64,000 nucleotides of DNA from an uncultured Gemmatimonadaceae bacterium (GTDB lineage Bacteria; Gemmatimonadota; Gemmatimonadetes; Gemmatimonadales; Gemmatimonadaceae). Below the pieces are notes generated by a model that was not told the origin of the DNA, made no database searches, and saw only the letters and a list, made by a program, of their open reading frames with translations. The stretch spans positions 1,088,001 through 1,152,000 of the forward strand of contig CAWFQK010000004.1 in NCBI GenBank assembly GCA_963817955.1. The letters run 5' to 3'. Numbering within the stretch: position 1 is the first letter of the stretch; every line of letters starts with the position of its first letter. Positions 31,139 to 40,955 of this stretch are shown here, piece by piece. A program made the position numbers and the translations under genes.

Positions 31139-31746
31139 TGACGCAACGAGACACCATGCCAGAAGAAACAGAGATCGATACCGACAAGCTCCGCGAGACC
31201 ATCGACGACGAGATCGAGAAGACCGGCGGCACCATGCTCCGGATCGTCGCCTTATGTACTGCGATCCTCGCCGCCGTGACGGCGGTCGTGTCGTTGCACG
31301 CCGGCTCCACGATCAATGAGGCGCTGGTGCTGAAGAGCGAAGCGACCGCGTTACAGGCGCGGGCCTCCGACCAATGGTCCTATTATCAGGCCAAGGGCAT
31401 CAAGAGCGCCATCGCGAGCAGCATGGCCAGCAGTTATGTCGCCGCGGGGCGTGTCGCACCGGACTCTATGCGCGCCACGGCCGCGCGGTACATCAGCGAG
31501 CAGTCGGCAATTCAGACGGCGGCGCGCAAACTCGAGGCAGAGCGCGATGCCAAATCCAACGAGGCCGACCAGCTCCTCGCGAAACACCACCAGTACGCGT
31601 TCGCCGTCGCCCTGCTCCAGGTCGCGATCGCGCTCGGAGCCGTGGCCGCCCTGACCAGGCAGCGAGCGGCGCTGGCTCTCTCGTTGGTTGCGGGATTGAC
31701 CGGGATCGTGGTGTCGCTCAGCGCCGCGCTTCGGCACTACGGTTGA
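31138..31746 (+). CDS. DUF4337-like membrane protein
   Basis: ASDQWSYYQAKGIK and LLQVAIALGAV motifs; TGATG coupling (alternative start 31156). Confidence 0.8.
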   Translation: MTQRDTMPEETEIDTDKLRETIDDEIEKTGGTMLRIVALCTAILAAVTAVVSLHAGSTINEALVLKSEATALQARASDQWSYYQAKGIKSAIASSMASSYVAAGRVAPDSMRATAARYISEQSAIQTAARKLEAERDAKSNEADQLLAKHHQYAFAVALLQVAIALGAVAALTRQRAALALSLVAGLTGIVVSLSAALRHYG

Positions 31747-31787
31747 TTGCGGGAGGGAGGCACCGCAACTCCGCCAATCGAACTCGA

Positions 31788-31822
31788 GGGACACGGGACA
31801 CGGGACACGGGACACGGGACAA
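31788..31822. repeat. Heptamer tandem repeat (gggacac)x5
   Basis: Read directly from the sequence; last unit imperfect. Confidence 0.9.
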
Positions 31823-31862
31823 CGGCTGACTGCGTGCTAACTGCGCTAACTGCGGGCTTGGG

Positions 31863-32108
31863 CTCCGGGTGTTGACCGGCTGGATGTCGCTGGCTGCTCC
31901 GTAGCGGTCGGCCCACCGGTCGGCGAGTTTCGAGTTGCCAGTTGTGAGTTATGCGTTATGCGTTTTTAGCAACCCACAACTCACGACTCACAACTGGACA
32001 CCCGAACCTCGCCGACCGGCGATGGTGGCCTGCAAGCCAGGCACCCTGGTGCGCATGACCAGTATACTGACAACTCACAACTCACAACTGATCACTGATC
32101 ACTGATCA
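31863..32108 (+). repeat. Left arm of a ~245-bp inverted repeat, itself containing an internal hairpin and heptamer runs
   Basis: Reverse complement of 34049-34300 with scattered mismatches. Confidence 0.9.
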
Positions 32109-32118
32109 TCCGCGAAGC

Positions 32119-32325
32119 CCTGTCATCCTGAGCGAAGCGAAGGATCTCTGTGACCGACAGAACAGCTTTTCAACGGTAGAGGTCGCAGCGAACTGCAGAG
32201 AACTGCGGAGAGAAGCACGTATAGGTCGAACGCGAGAGGCGATTCTCCATTCGGGGGTCGAAGCCGGCTGGTCACGAGACCCTACGGTTCGCTCAGATTG
32301 ACACGGCGTCGCTCAGGATGACAGG
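32119..32325. repeat. REP-like inverted pair
   Basis: cctgtcatcctgagcga (32119-32135) and its perfect reverse complement tcgctcaggatgacagg (32309-32325). Confidence 0.8.
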
Positions 32326-32424
32326 CGCCTCGTGTCCGCGGCCAACGGGGCGCCGAAATGGACCTGCATACCGACGGGCGCCCGATGCGCCGGGGTCGAA
32401 AACTGGGAGCAACCGCCTCGGGCG

Positions 32425-33840
32425 GTTGCGATGTCGTCTCAGGGAGTTGCGATGTCGTCTCAGGGAGTTGCGAGTCGCCTCGGGGAACTGCGATGTCGCC
32501 TCCCTGCGTTGGGATATCGTCTCGGAGCGTTGGGGTGTCGTCTCAGCGAGTTGGAGTAGCGTCTCGCCGAGTTGCAGTGCCGTGTCGACGCGCTACAGTG
32601 GCAGCTCGACGCGTTCGGCTGACGGCTCAATGCGTTGGAGTGGCAGCTCTCCGAGTTGAGGTCTCGTCTCGACGGGTTGGGGTACCCGCTCGATGAGTTA
32701 GGGTGCCCGGTCGACGAGTTAGGGTGCTGTCTCGATGGGTTAGGATGGGATCTCGAAGGGTTGGGGTGCCGTCTCGACGCGCTCCGATGGCGTCTCGGCG
32801 AGTTAGGGTGCCGTCTCGACGTGCTCCGATTGCGTCTGGGCGAGTTTGAGTGCTCTCTCGCCGAGTTGCGATCTCAGCTCGATGCGCTCGGAAAGCAGCT
32901 CGGCATCGGGCGCTGCTGTCTCGGCACGCAAGAGAGTCGCCTCGCGGCGATGCGATGCGATCTCGCCGCGGTCGCCTCCCCCCTCGGTCCGTTGCGATGC
33001 CTGCTAGCAAGGCGAGGATCCTGGCTCGCCGCGCTGGGATCCTCGCTCGATCCGTTGCGATCCGATCTGGACACGCGACGATCCTTGCTTGGCGCGTTGG
33101 GGTGCCAACTTGCCGCGTTGCATTGCCATGTCTCCGGGTTGCGATGCTCGGTCGACAGGCTCGCGTTCGATCTCGGCGCGATCGCATTCCATCTCGACGC
33201 GATCGAATTCGATCTCGGCACGATCGATCCCATCTCGGCACGATCGAATTCGATCTCGGCACGATCGATCCCATCTCGACGCGATCGAATTCGATCTCGG
33301 CGTGATCGATCCTATCTCGCCACGATCGAATTCGATCTCGGTGTGATCGATCCCATCTCGCCACGATCGAACTCGATTTCGGCACGATCGATCCCATCTC
33401 GCCACGATCGAATTCGATCTCGGCACGATCGATCCCATCTCGCCACGATCGCATTCCGTCTCGGTGCGATCGCATTCCGTCTCGGCGGAATCGCATTCCA
33501 TCTCGGCACGATCGATCCCATCTCGGCACGATCGCATTCCGTCTCGGCGCGATCGCATTCCGTCTCGGCGCGATCGCATTCCGTCTCGGCGGAATTGCAT
33601 TCGATCTCGGCGCGACCGCATTCCATCTCGCCACGATCGATCCCATCTCGCCACGATCGCATTCCGTCTCGGCGGAATTGCATTCGATCTCGGCGCGACC
33701 GCATTCCATCTCGCCACGATCGATCCCATCTCGCCACGATCGCATTCCGTCTCGGCGGAATTGCATTCGATCTCGGCGCGACCGCATTCCATCTCGCCAC
33801 GATCGACTTCGATCTCGCCACGATCGATCCCGCCTCGCCA
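32425..33840. repeat. ~1.4 kb satellite with 21-bp period (about 67 units), 20-bp variants and higher-order repeats
   Basis: Units such as gttgcgatgtcgtctcaggga on the left and tctcggcacgatcgaattcga / tctcggcacgatcgatccca on the right. Confidence 0.92.
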
Positions 33841-34048
33841 CTCGAGCGTCGGGCGATGATCGTAGTCCTATATATTAGTTCCGAAATTGGGGGGCAGCGC
33901 AAGGGTCAATATGACTGATTGACCAAAAACCGACATTTTTGAACGTTTCAGCGTTAGTACTAGTAGAGAGGTACGGCAGTCCCGTGTCCCGTGGTTGTTG
34001 TGACCCGGGGATAACAGGGGTTCGCGCGGGACGACAGGCGTCGAGGGG

Positions 34049-34300
34049 GATCAGTGATCAGTGATCAGTGATCAGTTGGCAGTTGTGAGTTGTCAGTATA
34101 CGGGTCATGCGCACCAGGGCGCCTGGTTCGCGGGCCACTATCGCCGGTCGGCGAGGTTCGGGTGTCCAGTTGTGAGTTGTGAGTTGTGCGTGTTTTAAAA
34201 CGCGCAACGCATCACTCGCAACTGGCAACTCGAACCTCGCCGACCGGTGGGCCGACCGCTACGGAGCAGCCAGCGACATCCAGCCGGTCACCACCCGGAG
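34049..34300 (-). repeat. Right arm of the ~245-bp inverted repeat
   Basis: Reverse complement of 31863-32108. Confidence 0.9.
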
Positions 34301-34464
34301 TCCACTCCCGGGCCGGATCGGCCTGCAGAACATGGGGATCGGCACACGCCGGTCCCCATGTCTACTTTGTACGTACGAAGTTTCAACATCGACTCGGCGC
34401 GAGTCTTCGACGTGAACGACACGATCGACCTCGCGGAGACCCTCGCCCAGCGGAGTAATCGATC

Positions 34465-35592
34465 ATGTCACCCTTTCGCCTGCTTGCCCTGCTCGCGCTC
34501 CCGTTCGCATCGGTCGCGGCGCAAGACGCAACTATCGTCTACCGCCTTGGCCGCGACACGGTGGCCGTGGAGCAATACACGCGAACACCAACGCGATTCT
34601 CTGGCGAGATGGTGTCGCGCGCCGGCACTGCGGTCACGCGAACGCAATACGACATCACCATCGCCGCTGGACGACCAACGGCTGCCGTGGTCCGTCGGCG
34701 TCAGGCCGACGGTTCGCCCATTCCCAACAATCCGCTCGAGGTCCGCTTCGCCTTCCGCGCCGACTCGGCGCGCCGCGAAATCGTCTGGCGCGACAGCACA
34801 CAGGTGCGGGCCTTCGCCGCACCGAACGCCTTCTTCACGATGCCGGTGTTCGCGTACGCGCCGTTCGAGTTGATCTACGCTCGCGGCCCGGGAGCACGCG
34901 ACTCGGTAATGGCCATCGGCACGACCGGCAACGCCGTGAGCGTGATTGGCTTGCAGCCGTACTCGGGTGACACGCTGCGCATGCACGGCGGTCCATACCC
35001 GATGCTCGCGCGCTTCGATCGCAACGGACAGTTGCTCATGACGGACGGCGTATTCACGACGAACAAAGCCGTCGGCAAGCGAACCCCAGGCAAAGTCGAC
35101 ATCGCCGCGCTCGCCACGACCATGAAACCAACCGGCGTATTGTCTCCACGTGCCACCGCCTATGCAGGGTTCAGTCGCGGTCCGATCTTCATCAATTATG
35201 GGCGTCCAGCGGTGCGCGAACGTACCGTATGGGGCGGCGTGCTCGTGCCATTCGACACCATCTGGCGCACGGGCGCAAACGAGGCCACGCACCTGGCGAC
35301 CTCGAAGACGATGTCCCTTGGCGACATGACACTCGCGCCAGGTCTGTACACGCTGTGGACACAGCACACGCGCAACGGCACGTTCCTCATCGTGAACCGC
35401 CAGGTCGGCCAGTGGGGAACGGATTACGATCCGAAGCAGGACATCGGCCGAGTGCGGATGGACATGTCGCATACCCCGGAACACGTTGAGGATTTCACGA
35501 TCACGATCCGCGCAACGGGCCCAAATCGCGGCGCGATCGACTTGGCATGGGGAGATTCCGTCGCCACGGCGAGTTTTGCTGTAAAGCCCTGA
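34465..35592 (+). CDS. Exported DUF2911-domain protein
   Basis: Signal peptide; INYGRPAVRER, IWRTGANEAT and QVGQWGTDY motifs. Confidence 0.8.
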   Translation: MSPFRLLALLALPFASVAAQDATIVYRLGRDTVAVEQYTRTPTRFSGEMVSRAGTAVTRTQYDITIAAGRPTAAVVRRRQADGSPIPNNPLEVRFAFRADSARREIVWRDSTQVRAFAAPNAFFTMPVFAYAPFELIYARGPGARDSVMAIGTTGNAVSVIGLQPYSGDTLRMHGGPYPMLARFDRNGQLLMTDGVFTTNKAVGKRTPGKVDIAALATTMKPTGVLSPRATAYAGFSRGPIFINYGRPAVRERTVWGGVLVPFDTIWRTGANEATHLATSKTMSLGDMTLAPGLYTLWTQHTRNGTFLIVNRQVGQWGTDYDPKQDIGRVRMDMSHTPEHVEDFTITIRATGPNRGAIDLAWGDSVATASFAVKP

Positions 35593-35738
35593 TAGGCGAC
35601 AACGGAACGCGGGATGTGAAGCCGGCCAAAGAGGGCCGCCGAGACTGCGGTGGCGGCCCACGTGCGCTTTGGCATCACAACAAACAGTTCGACTGAGAGC
35701 GCGCTGCGGAAAATCAGCTCCTCAGAGGGCTGACACGC

Positions 35739-36422
35739 TCACTTGCGCGCGAGGATTGCCTGGCCCGATGAAAGCGATCCGTCGGCCGCTCGCGTCGCCA
35801 CGACGACAACCTGCTCGCCTGTCGACAACGGCTTCGATGTGGGCGTGAGGACCGTCACCGGCGTGTTAGGTGGCACGGTGACCTTCAGCGAGCCGCCCGG
35901 ATACTGCACGAGAAGCGTTGAATCCTTGATGCCGGCGACGTTGCCGTTCGACATGCGCGAGCCCGACACGGCGCCATTCGTCATGCGGCTGCCGCCGCCC
36001 ATCGGGTGCTGCGTCGTCATCATGCGGCTTCCCTCGCCCATTCCCCGCAGCTCTTCGGGAAAGATGTGAATCTCAGTGGCTTTCTCCGATCCGTCGGGCT
36101 GCTTCACCGTCGTCACGCCGATGAAGGAATTGTCTTTCACATCGGCGAGCTTCGCGGTCTCTCGATCGTATACCTTGAACGGCTGCGTCAGCTTGACCGT
36201 CACGCGTCCCGTGTCCACCCTGACCACCATATTCATTGCCGACATGCTGGCGACCGCTCCGCGAAGCGTGACCGCGGTATCAGCACGTTCGCCCAACGCG
36301 CCATAGGCCGAGTGGGTGCCTGAGCGCGACCCCGCGCTCGGCTCCCGTCCGCAGGCGGCGATAGCTGCCGCAGCGGCGAGCCCGGCGAGACAGCGGGTTG
36401 GACCATAGAAGTTGCGAATCAT
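35739..36422 (-). CDS. Hypothetical lipoprotein
   Basis: Lipobox IAAC; EIHIFPEELRGMGEG and MTNG motifs of a conserved exported family. Confidence 0.65.
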   Translation of the reverse strand: MIRNFYGPTRCLAGLAAAAAIAACGREPSAGSRSGTHSAYGALGERADTAVTLRGAVASMSAMNMVVRVDTGRVTVKLTQPFKVYDRETAKLADVKDNSFIGVTTVKQPDGSEKATEIHIFPEELRGMGEGSRMMTTQHPMGGGSRMTNGAVSGSRMSNGNVAGIKDSTLLVQYPGGSLKVTVPPNTPVTVLTPTSKPLSTGEQVVVVATRAADGSLSSGQAILARK

Positions 36423-36528
36423 TGGAACCTCCCTGTGTGCGATAGCAACACCGAGAGGATTCGCACGAGTCGTGCTCGGACGGTCGCGTTACAGTGGCGC
36501 CAGTCCGCTCATGCCGAAAACTCGTCCC

Positions 36529-36915
36529 TTAGCCGATGGTCACATCGACGACGGCGATCGGCAACGCCGGACCCTCATCGCGAGCCTGAATGGCGATCAC
36601 ATTACGGTCGCCGCGATGGACCCGCACGCTGACCTCATCGTCCGCATGGCCGTCGCGCTCGGCACGGACGAACCCGCCTGTCATGAGCGGCCTGAGATGC
36701 AGGCGAAAATTTCCGATGAATTGGTCCTGTCCGCGCACGTTCGGCTTCCAATGCAGCTCGATGTAGGCGGGCTCCTCGTCTAGCCGTAGGACGCCCTCGT
36801 ATTGCTGCCGGTTGTCGTCACGCAATACCCACCGATGCACGCGTGCGCCGGGCGGAACGTCGTCGATCCGTTCAACGACCGCGGTTGCAGATTCAAGTGG
36901 GAATGAGTACGGCAT
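36529..36915 (-). CDS. Hypothetical protein
   Basis: Globular-looking ORF in a run of minus-strand genes. Confidence 0.5.
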   Translation of the reverse strand: MPYSFPLESATAVVERIDDVPPGARVHRWVLRDDNRQQYEGVLRLDEEPAYIELHWKPNVRGQDQFIGNFRLHLRPLMTGGFVRAERDGHADDEVSVRVHRGDRNVIAIQARDEGPALPIAVVDVTIG

Positions 36916-37018
36916 CGGAACGTGGTGCGCGATAGTCAGTGAGCACGGACGCCTACAGTGCACACGCCGCACCAGCAGTCGGGAGAATCGAGCCCAGCCG
37001 CGCAGCCCGCGCGCCGGA

Positions 37019-37192
37019 TTATTCCTGAGCTCGCGGCAAGACTGGCTGCCTGCCGAGTGCTTGCTCGATCCGGTCCAATCGCTCGAGCGCTTCGCGCAGA
37101 TCGCGCCTCACGTTGCCGAGGGTGGCGAGGGCCCATATGAATCCGACCACGGCGCCGACAGACAGGGCGAAACTGAGGAGAGCAGCGATCAT
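37019..37192 (-). CDS. Small single-TM membrane protein (57 aa)
   Basis: Hydrophobic N-terminal helix followed by an amphipathic helix. Confidence 0.5.
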   Translation of the reverse strand: MIAALLSFALSVGAVVGFIWALATLGNVRRDLREALERLDRIEQALGRQPVLPRAQE

Positions 37193-37263
37193 GGGAGTTA
37201 TCAGAAAATTAGTAAACGGCAATGACCTTCGCGAAGGGTCCGTGAGGAGAATCCGCTGACCTG

Positions 37264-38598
37264 TTACAGGCGCATGCCGGCGACCATTCCAGCAACGCCA
37301 ACGATCACGACAATTCCCGCGCCAGCCGCGGCGAACCGCACCCACCGCTGAAAGGGCACGCCCGCCGCAAGCAACACGGCCATCAGTGCGCCATTCGTCG
37401 GCGTGAGCAGCTCACACAGCCCGGCGCCCATCTGATACGCGAGCACCGTGACCGGCCGCCCAACGCCGAGCAGATCAGACAGTGGCACGAACACCGGCAT
37501 CGTGAGCACGGCCTGACCGCTCACGCTGGGCACCACGACGTGAATGAGGCCCTGAGCCGGGATCATGAGCAGCGCAGCCAGCGCCGGCGACGTGTGGCCG
37601 AGGGGCGTGGCCAGCGCCTGCAACATCGTGTCGATGACGTGGCCGTCGCCGAGCACGAGCGAGATGCTCCGCGCCACACCGATCAACAACGCGGCGGGCA
37701 GCAGGCTTTGCATGCCCTCGAGGTACGCGTACGTCGTTCCTTCCACGCCAAGCCCGCCAAGCAATCCGGCGGCGACGGCGGCGACGAAGAACCCCGCCGA
37801 GAGCTCGTTGAACCCCCAGCCGAGCGCGATCGATCCATACACGTACGCCGCCATGGGTGACAATACCAGGGCAAGGATCAAGGCGTCCTTCGCCGACACG
37901 CGGGCCGCGGGCGCATCGTCCGGTTCGGCCACGGCACTCCGTGTACGCGCGGCATGGCGCATCGTCCATCCCACCCAGAGGATGAACGCCACCACGAGCA
38001 GGGCGAAGCGCATGACGAACCCGGAACCCGCGGGGATCTGCGCGAGCTTCATCGCGATCCCGGCCTGGAACGGATTCGTCGGCCCAAAGGCACTGCCGAT
38101 CATTGCCGCACCGGCGCTCATCGCCACCACACTCACCGCATCGATGCCAAGTCCGCGGCCGAGGATGAGCAGCACGGGCACGAGTGGAATGATCTCCTCC
38201 TGCATGTTCTCCAGCGCGCCCATCGTGGTGAAGAACAGGGAGATGACGGGTATCGCGATGAGTCCCCGGCGACGAAACATGAACACGAGGGCCGCTACGA
38301 TTCGTCCGAGCGTACCGAGGCGGTCGACGACGACCCAGGCACCACCCACGAACAGGACGACAGCAATGACATCGGCAGCCTCGATGAATCCACGCGGAAC
38401 GGCGACCGCGGCGGCGAACGGACCGACCGGCGCGGGAGGCACGCCGTGATAGGTGCCAGCAACGACCACGCTCTTGTGCGTGACCGGATCGTCGCGACGG
38501 TCGTACTGCCCGGCGGGCAATATCCACGTGAGCATCGCCGCGACGACCACGCCGGCGAGCAAGAGGATGATCGGATGCGGAAGTCGGAAGCGCTGCAC
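37264..38598 (-). CDS. YfcC-like (DcuC family) transporter
   Basis: LTWILPAGQYDR, NPFQAGIA, PSVSGQAVLTMP and LLTPTNGALMA motifs. Confidence 0.85.
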   Translation of the reverse strand: MQRFRLPHPIILLLAGVVVAAMLTWILPAGQYDRRDDPVTHKSVVVAGTYHGVPPAPVGPFAAAVAVPRGFIEAADVIAVVLFVGGAWVVVDRLGTLGRIVAALVFMFRRRGLIAIPVISLFFTTMGALENMQEEIIPLVPVLLILGRGLGIDAVSVVAMSAGAAMIGSAFGPTNPFQAGIAMKLAQIPAGSGFVMRFALLVVAFILWVGWTMRHAARTRSAVAEPDDAPAARVSAKDALILALVLSPMAAYVYGSIALGWGFNELSAGFFVAAVAAGLLGGLGVEGTTYAYLEGMQSLLPAALLIGVARSISLVLGDGHVIDTMLQALATPLGHTSPALAALLMIPAQGLIHVVVPSVSGQAVLTMPVFVPLSDLLGVGRPVTVLAYQMGAGLCELLTPTNGALMAVLLAAGVPFQRWVRFAAAGAGIVVIVGVAGMVAGMRL

Positions 38599-38684
38599 GA
38601 GGGGAGCTTACGCTCCAACTCGCCATCCCGCCACTGGGCACGGCGACACAGTCGGCATCGAGTTGGCCGTATCCGCCTGCACCA

Positions 38685-38918
38685 CTATCGCCGGTCGATC
38701 TTCACACGCCAGACGTCCGGGCCCTCGGCCTCATACGTCCAGTGAAACTGATCCGGATGCTCGGCCGCAAGCTGGTAGCGGAGTGGTTTCGGATCGTGGT
38801 CGTTGATGAGCACCATCGATTCGCCGGCGGCGAGGCTGTCAAAGGTGCGGAAGATGGTCGGGTGCTTGTCGCGCGGCGGAATCGTGCGGACATCGAGCTC
38901 GATGGGATTGATTGGCAT
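38685..38918 (-). CDS. DUF2249 domain protein
   Basis: LDVRTIPPRDKHPTIF...NDHDPKPLRYQ...GPDVWRVKI. Confidence 0.85.
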   Translation of the reverse strand: MPINPIELDVRTIPPRDKHPTIFRTFDSLAAGESMVLINDHDPKPLRYQLAAEHPDQFHWTYEAEGPDVWRVKIDRR

Positions 38919-38958
38919 GGTGAGGTTCCGTTGAGAGAATGTGAATGTTCCAAGCGGC

Positions 38959-39528
38959 CTAGCAGGCGCGCCAGATGCGAACGAGCACGCGGTCGTCCTG
39001 CGATTCGTCGACGTCGCACGCAAAGCCACCGTCGGCGAGCAAGGGAAAGAGCAGTTGCGGCACCCGATCGTTCACCTGCACGAGCACATGTCCGGCCGGA
39101 AGTGTCTCGAGGGCGGCCAGTGTTCGCATCATCGGCTCCGGCGGCTCGAGCCCGCGTACGTCCAGCCATGTCGTCGCTGCATCGACGTCGCCGACCATTG
39201 ACCCCGCCGTCGCGACCGGAGCGTCCTTGCCCTCGTGTTCGTTCGGACGCCAGAACCATGACGACCAGTCGTCCGCGGCGTGCGCCCGTGACTCATGCGA
39301 GAATCCACGCTTCGCAAGAATGGCAACGAGCGGCGCAGGCTCGAAGATCGTACGAAGGTGCAACAGCTCGCCCGCGTTGAGCTTGCTCACGGCGTCCATG
39401 ATCGTCGAAAATGGCTCCTTGCCCGATCGTAGCGCGTCGCGGACGTCCAGGTCGACTACGTGTGTCGAGACAGGATGGATCAGGTGCGCGGTTGGTTCAA
39501 CTGGTGTCGAGATCCGTGCGTCGCTCAT
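38959..39528 (-). CDS. Tandem DUF2249 (TusA-like fold) protein
   Basis: LDVRDALRSGKEPFSTIM...FEPAPL and LDVRGLEPPEPM...RVPQLL; ATGA coupling to the upstream gene. Confidence 0.8.
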   Translation of the reverse strand: MSDARISTPVEPTAHLIHPVSTHVVDLDVRDALRSGKEPFSTIMDAVSKLNAGELLHLRTIFEPAPLVAILAKRGFSHESRAHAADDWSSWFWRPNEHEGKDAPVATAGSMVGDVDAATTWLDVRGLEPPEPMMRTLAALETLPAGHVLVQVNDRVPQLLFPLLADGGFACDVDESQDDRVLVRIWRAC

Positions 39529-40844
39529 GTCGTACCTCCCATGCGGCCGCCAAGCGCGACCCGTATGATCTGGCTTGCGAACAACAGAACTCCAATGAGA
39601 AAGAGAGCTGCGCCGGTGTATGCACCGAGCGTTGAGCCGAGCAGGATCGCGATGGCAATGGCGAGCACCCCGGCCGACATCGCGGCGAGTTGCGCAAGCG
39701 CGGCCCGCGCCGAGTACATGTCCGCGATCCTTGGCACGCCAGGCATGCTCATCTGGCCGCGGTATCGCACCGTCCATGCGAGCAACGGGACGATCTTGTA
39801 GAAGAAGCCGACGACGTACATCGCGATGCCGCCCAACAAACCAACGAGCACGTATGTGGTAGCGACGCGCGTTGCGGATGGCCCCAACGACAGCACGATC
39901 GGTCCGAGCAGGGCGGCGCTGGCAAGAAAGGCAACGGCTGCCGCGGCGAATCGCATCCCGATGTCGATCCGTTTTCGCACTCGCGCGTGGTAGAAGGCGT
40001 ACGCCTGACGCAGGAAGCAGGCGACACCGAATTCGAGCAATGCAGCCGACAGCCAGACGACGGCGCGGACGGGCGTATTGAGTCCGAGCGCGAGCAGTAC
40101 GATGCCCGCGGCGAGCGACGCCAGCGCGCGCTTTGTCCATCGCGTATCCGCGCCATGGGCCAGCAAAAACATCGGGAGCAACCGGTGCGAGACGCCGACG
40201 ATCATGATCAGCGCCCAGCCCACGATCGCCACGTGGAGATGCGTCGCGAGTACGCGCACGCGCGCGGCGGCAATGAACCCGGTGTCGATGTTGTGCAGGA
40301 GTACGACGCCCAGCACGAGCGTCGACGACAGAAACGTCAACGCGAGTGCGATCGCCGCCCATGTCACGTCGCGTGCGCGCGCCCGCGGCAGCGTTGCGGC
40401 CACGTTGGCCACGGCGAGCATGACTCCGGCGGCCACGAGTGCGACGCCCACATCGTGCAGCACCAACGAGCCGTCCGCGACCCCACACGCAAACAGTCCC
40501 GCGCCGGGCGCGAAGGTCCAGAAGCTCGCATGTCCCACGCGAGGCCACCGAATTGGCGCACCGAGTGCGACCGGTAGGAGTTGGTACAGCGCACCGAAGA
40601 TTGCGGTGGTCAGCCAGCCGAGCGTGAACAGGTGCGTGATGCCGGCAACGTGTGGCGAGAGGTAATCGCCAGCGGCGAGGTCCGGCGCGATCCAAACGAG
40701 GCCGATCGAGCCGGCAATCAGGTAGAGCGTCGCGGCCGCAAAGTGTTCGCCGGCGAGGCGCATGGATCCAGTGGCAGGCGTCACGAGTCTGCCGGTTGCG
40801 CTCGGCGGCACCGAAGTCGGTCGATGTGTTCCTGGTTGCGTCAT
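39525..40844 (-). CDS. Polytopic membrane protein with conserved His residues (heme-copper oxidase subunit I / NnrS-like fold)
   Basis: About 12 TM segments; THLFTLGW, GALYQLLPV, HLHVAIVGW, RLLPMF and YKIVP motifs. Confidence 0.65.
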   Translation of the reverse strand: MTQPGTHRPTSVPPSATGRLVTPATGSMRLAGEHFAAATLYLIAGSIGLVWIAPDLAAGDYLSPHVAGITHLFTLGWLTTAIFGALYQLLPVALGAPIRWPRVGHASFWTFAPGAGLFACGVADGSLVLHDVGVALVAAGVMLAVANVAATLPRARARDVTWAAIALALTFLSSTLVLGVVLLHNIDTGFIAAARVRVLATHLHVAIVGWALIMIVGVSHRLLPMFLLAHGADTRWTKRALASLAAGIVLLALGLNTPVRAVVWLSAALLEFGVACFLRQAYAFYHARVRKRIDIGMRFAAAAVAFLASAALLGPIVLSLGPSATRVATTYVLVGLLGGIAMYVVGFFYKIVPLLAWTVRYRGQMSMPGVPRIADMYSARAALAQLAAMSAGVLAIAIAILLGSTLGAYTGAALFLIGVLLFASQIIRVALGGRMGGTT

Positions 40845-40917
40845 CGGCCAGGTCGCGTCTCGATCACCGCGAAGGGAGGTCTCATTCCGAATGCTCGCGC
40901 ATCGCGACGTTCGGAGG

Positions 40918-40933
40918 TGTGACGGATGTCTCA
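40918..40933. promoter_or_regulatory. CRP-type box
   Basis: TGTGA-cggatg-TCTCA, one mismatch to TGTGA-N6-TCACA, upstream of the DUF2249 operon. Confidence 0.6.
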
Positions 40934-40955
40934 GCGATGGGGCGTGCGCCTGTAG

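Noticed and set aside
32318..33918. Long ORFs on both strands in the satellite (427, 404, 262 and 196 aa)
   Set aside because: Repeat units rarely contain stops in any frame, 20-bp units scramble the frames, and there is no convincing RBS or domain; treated as non-coding.
33170..34020. Replication origin (GATC cluster plus AT-rich region)
   Set aside because: No convincing DnaA boxes and no dnaA, rep or par genes nearby.
38682..38697. 16-nt match (ccactatcgccggtcg) to the inverted-repeat arm at 34135-34150
   Set aside because: A match of this length is plausible by chance in 64 kb of GC-rich DNA and does not extend.
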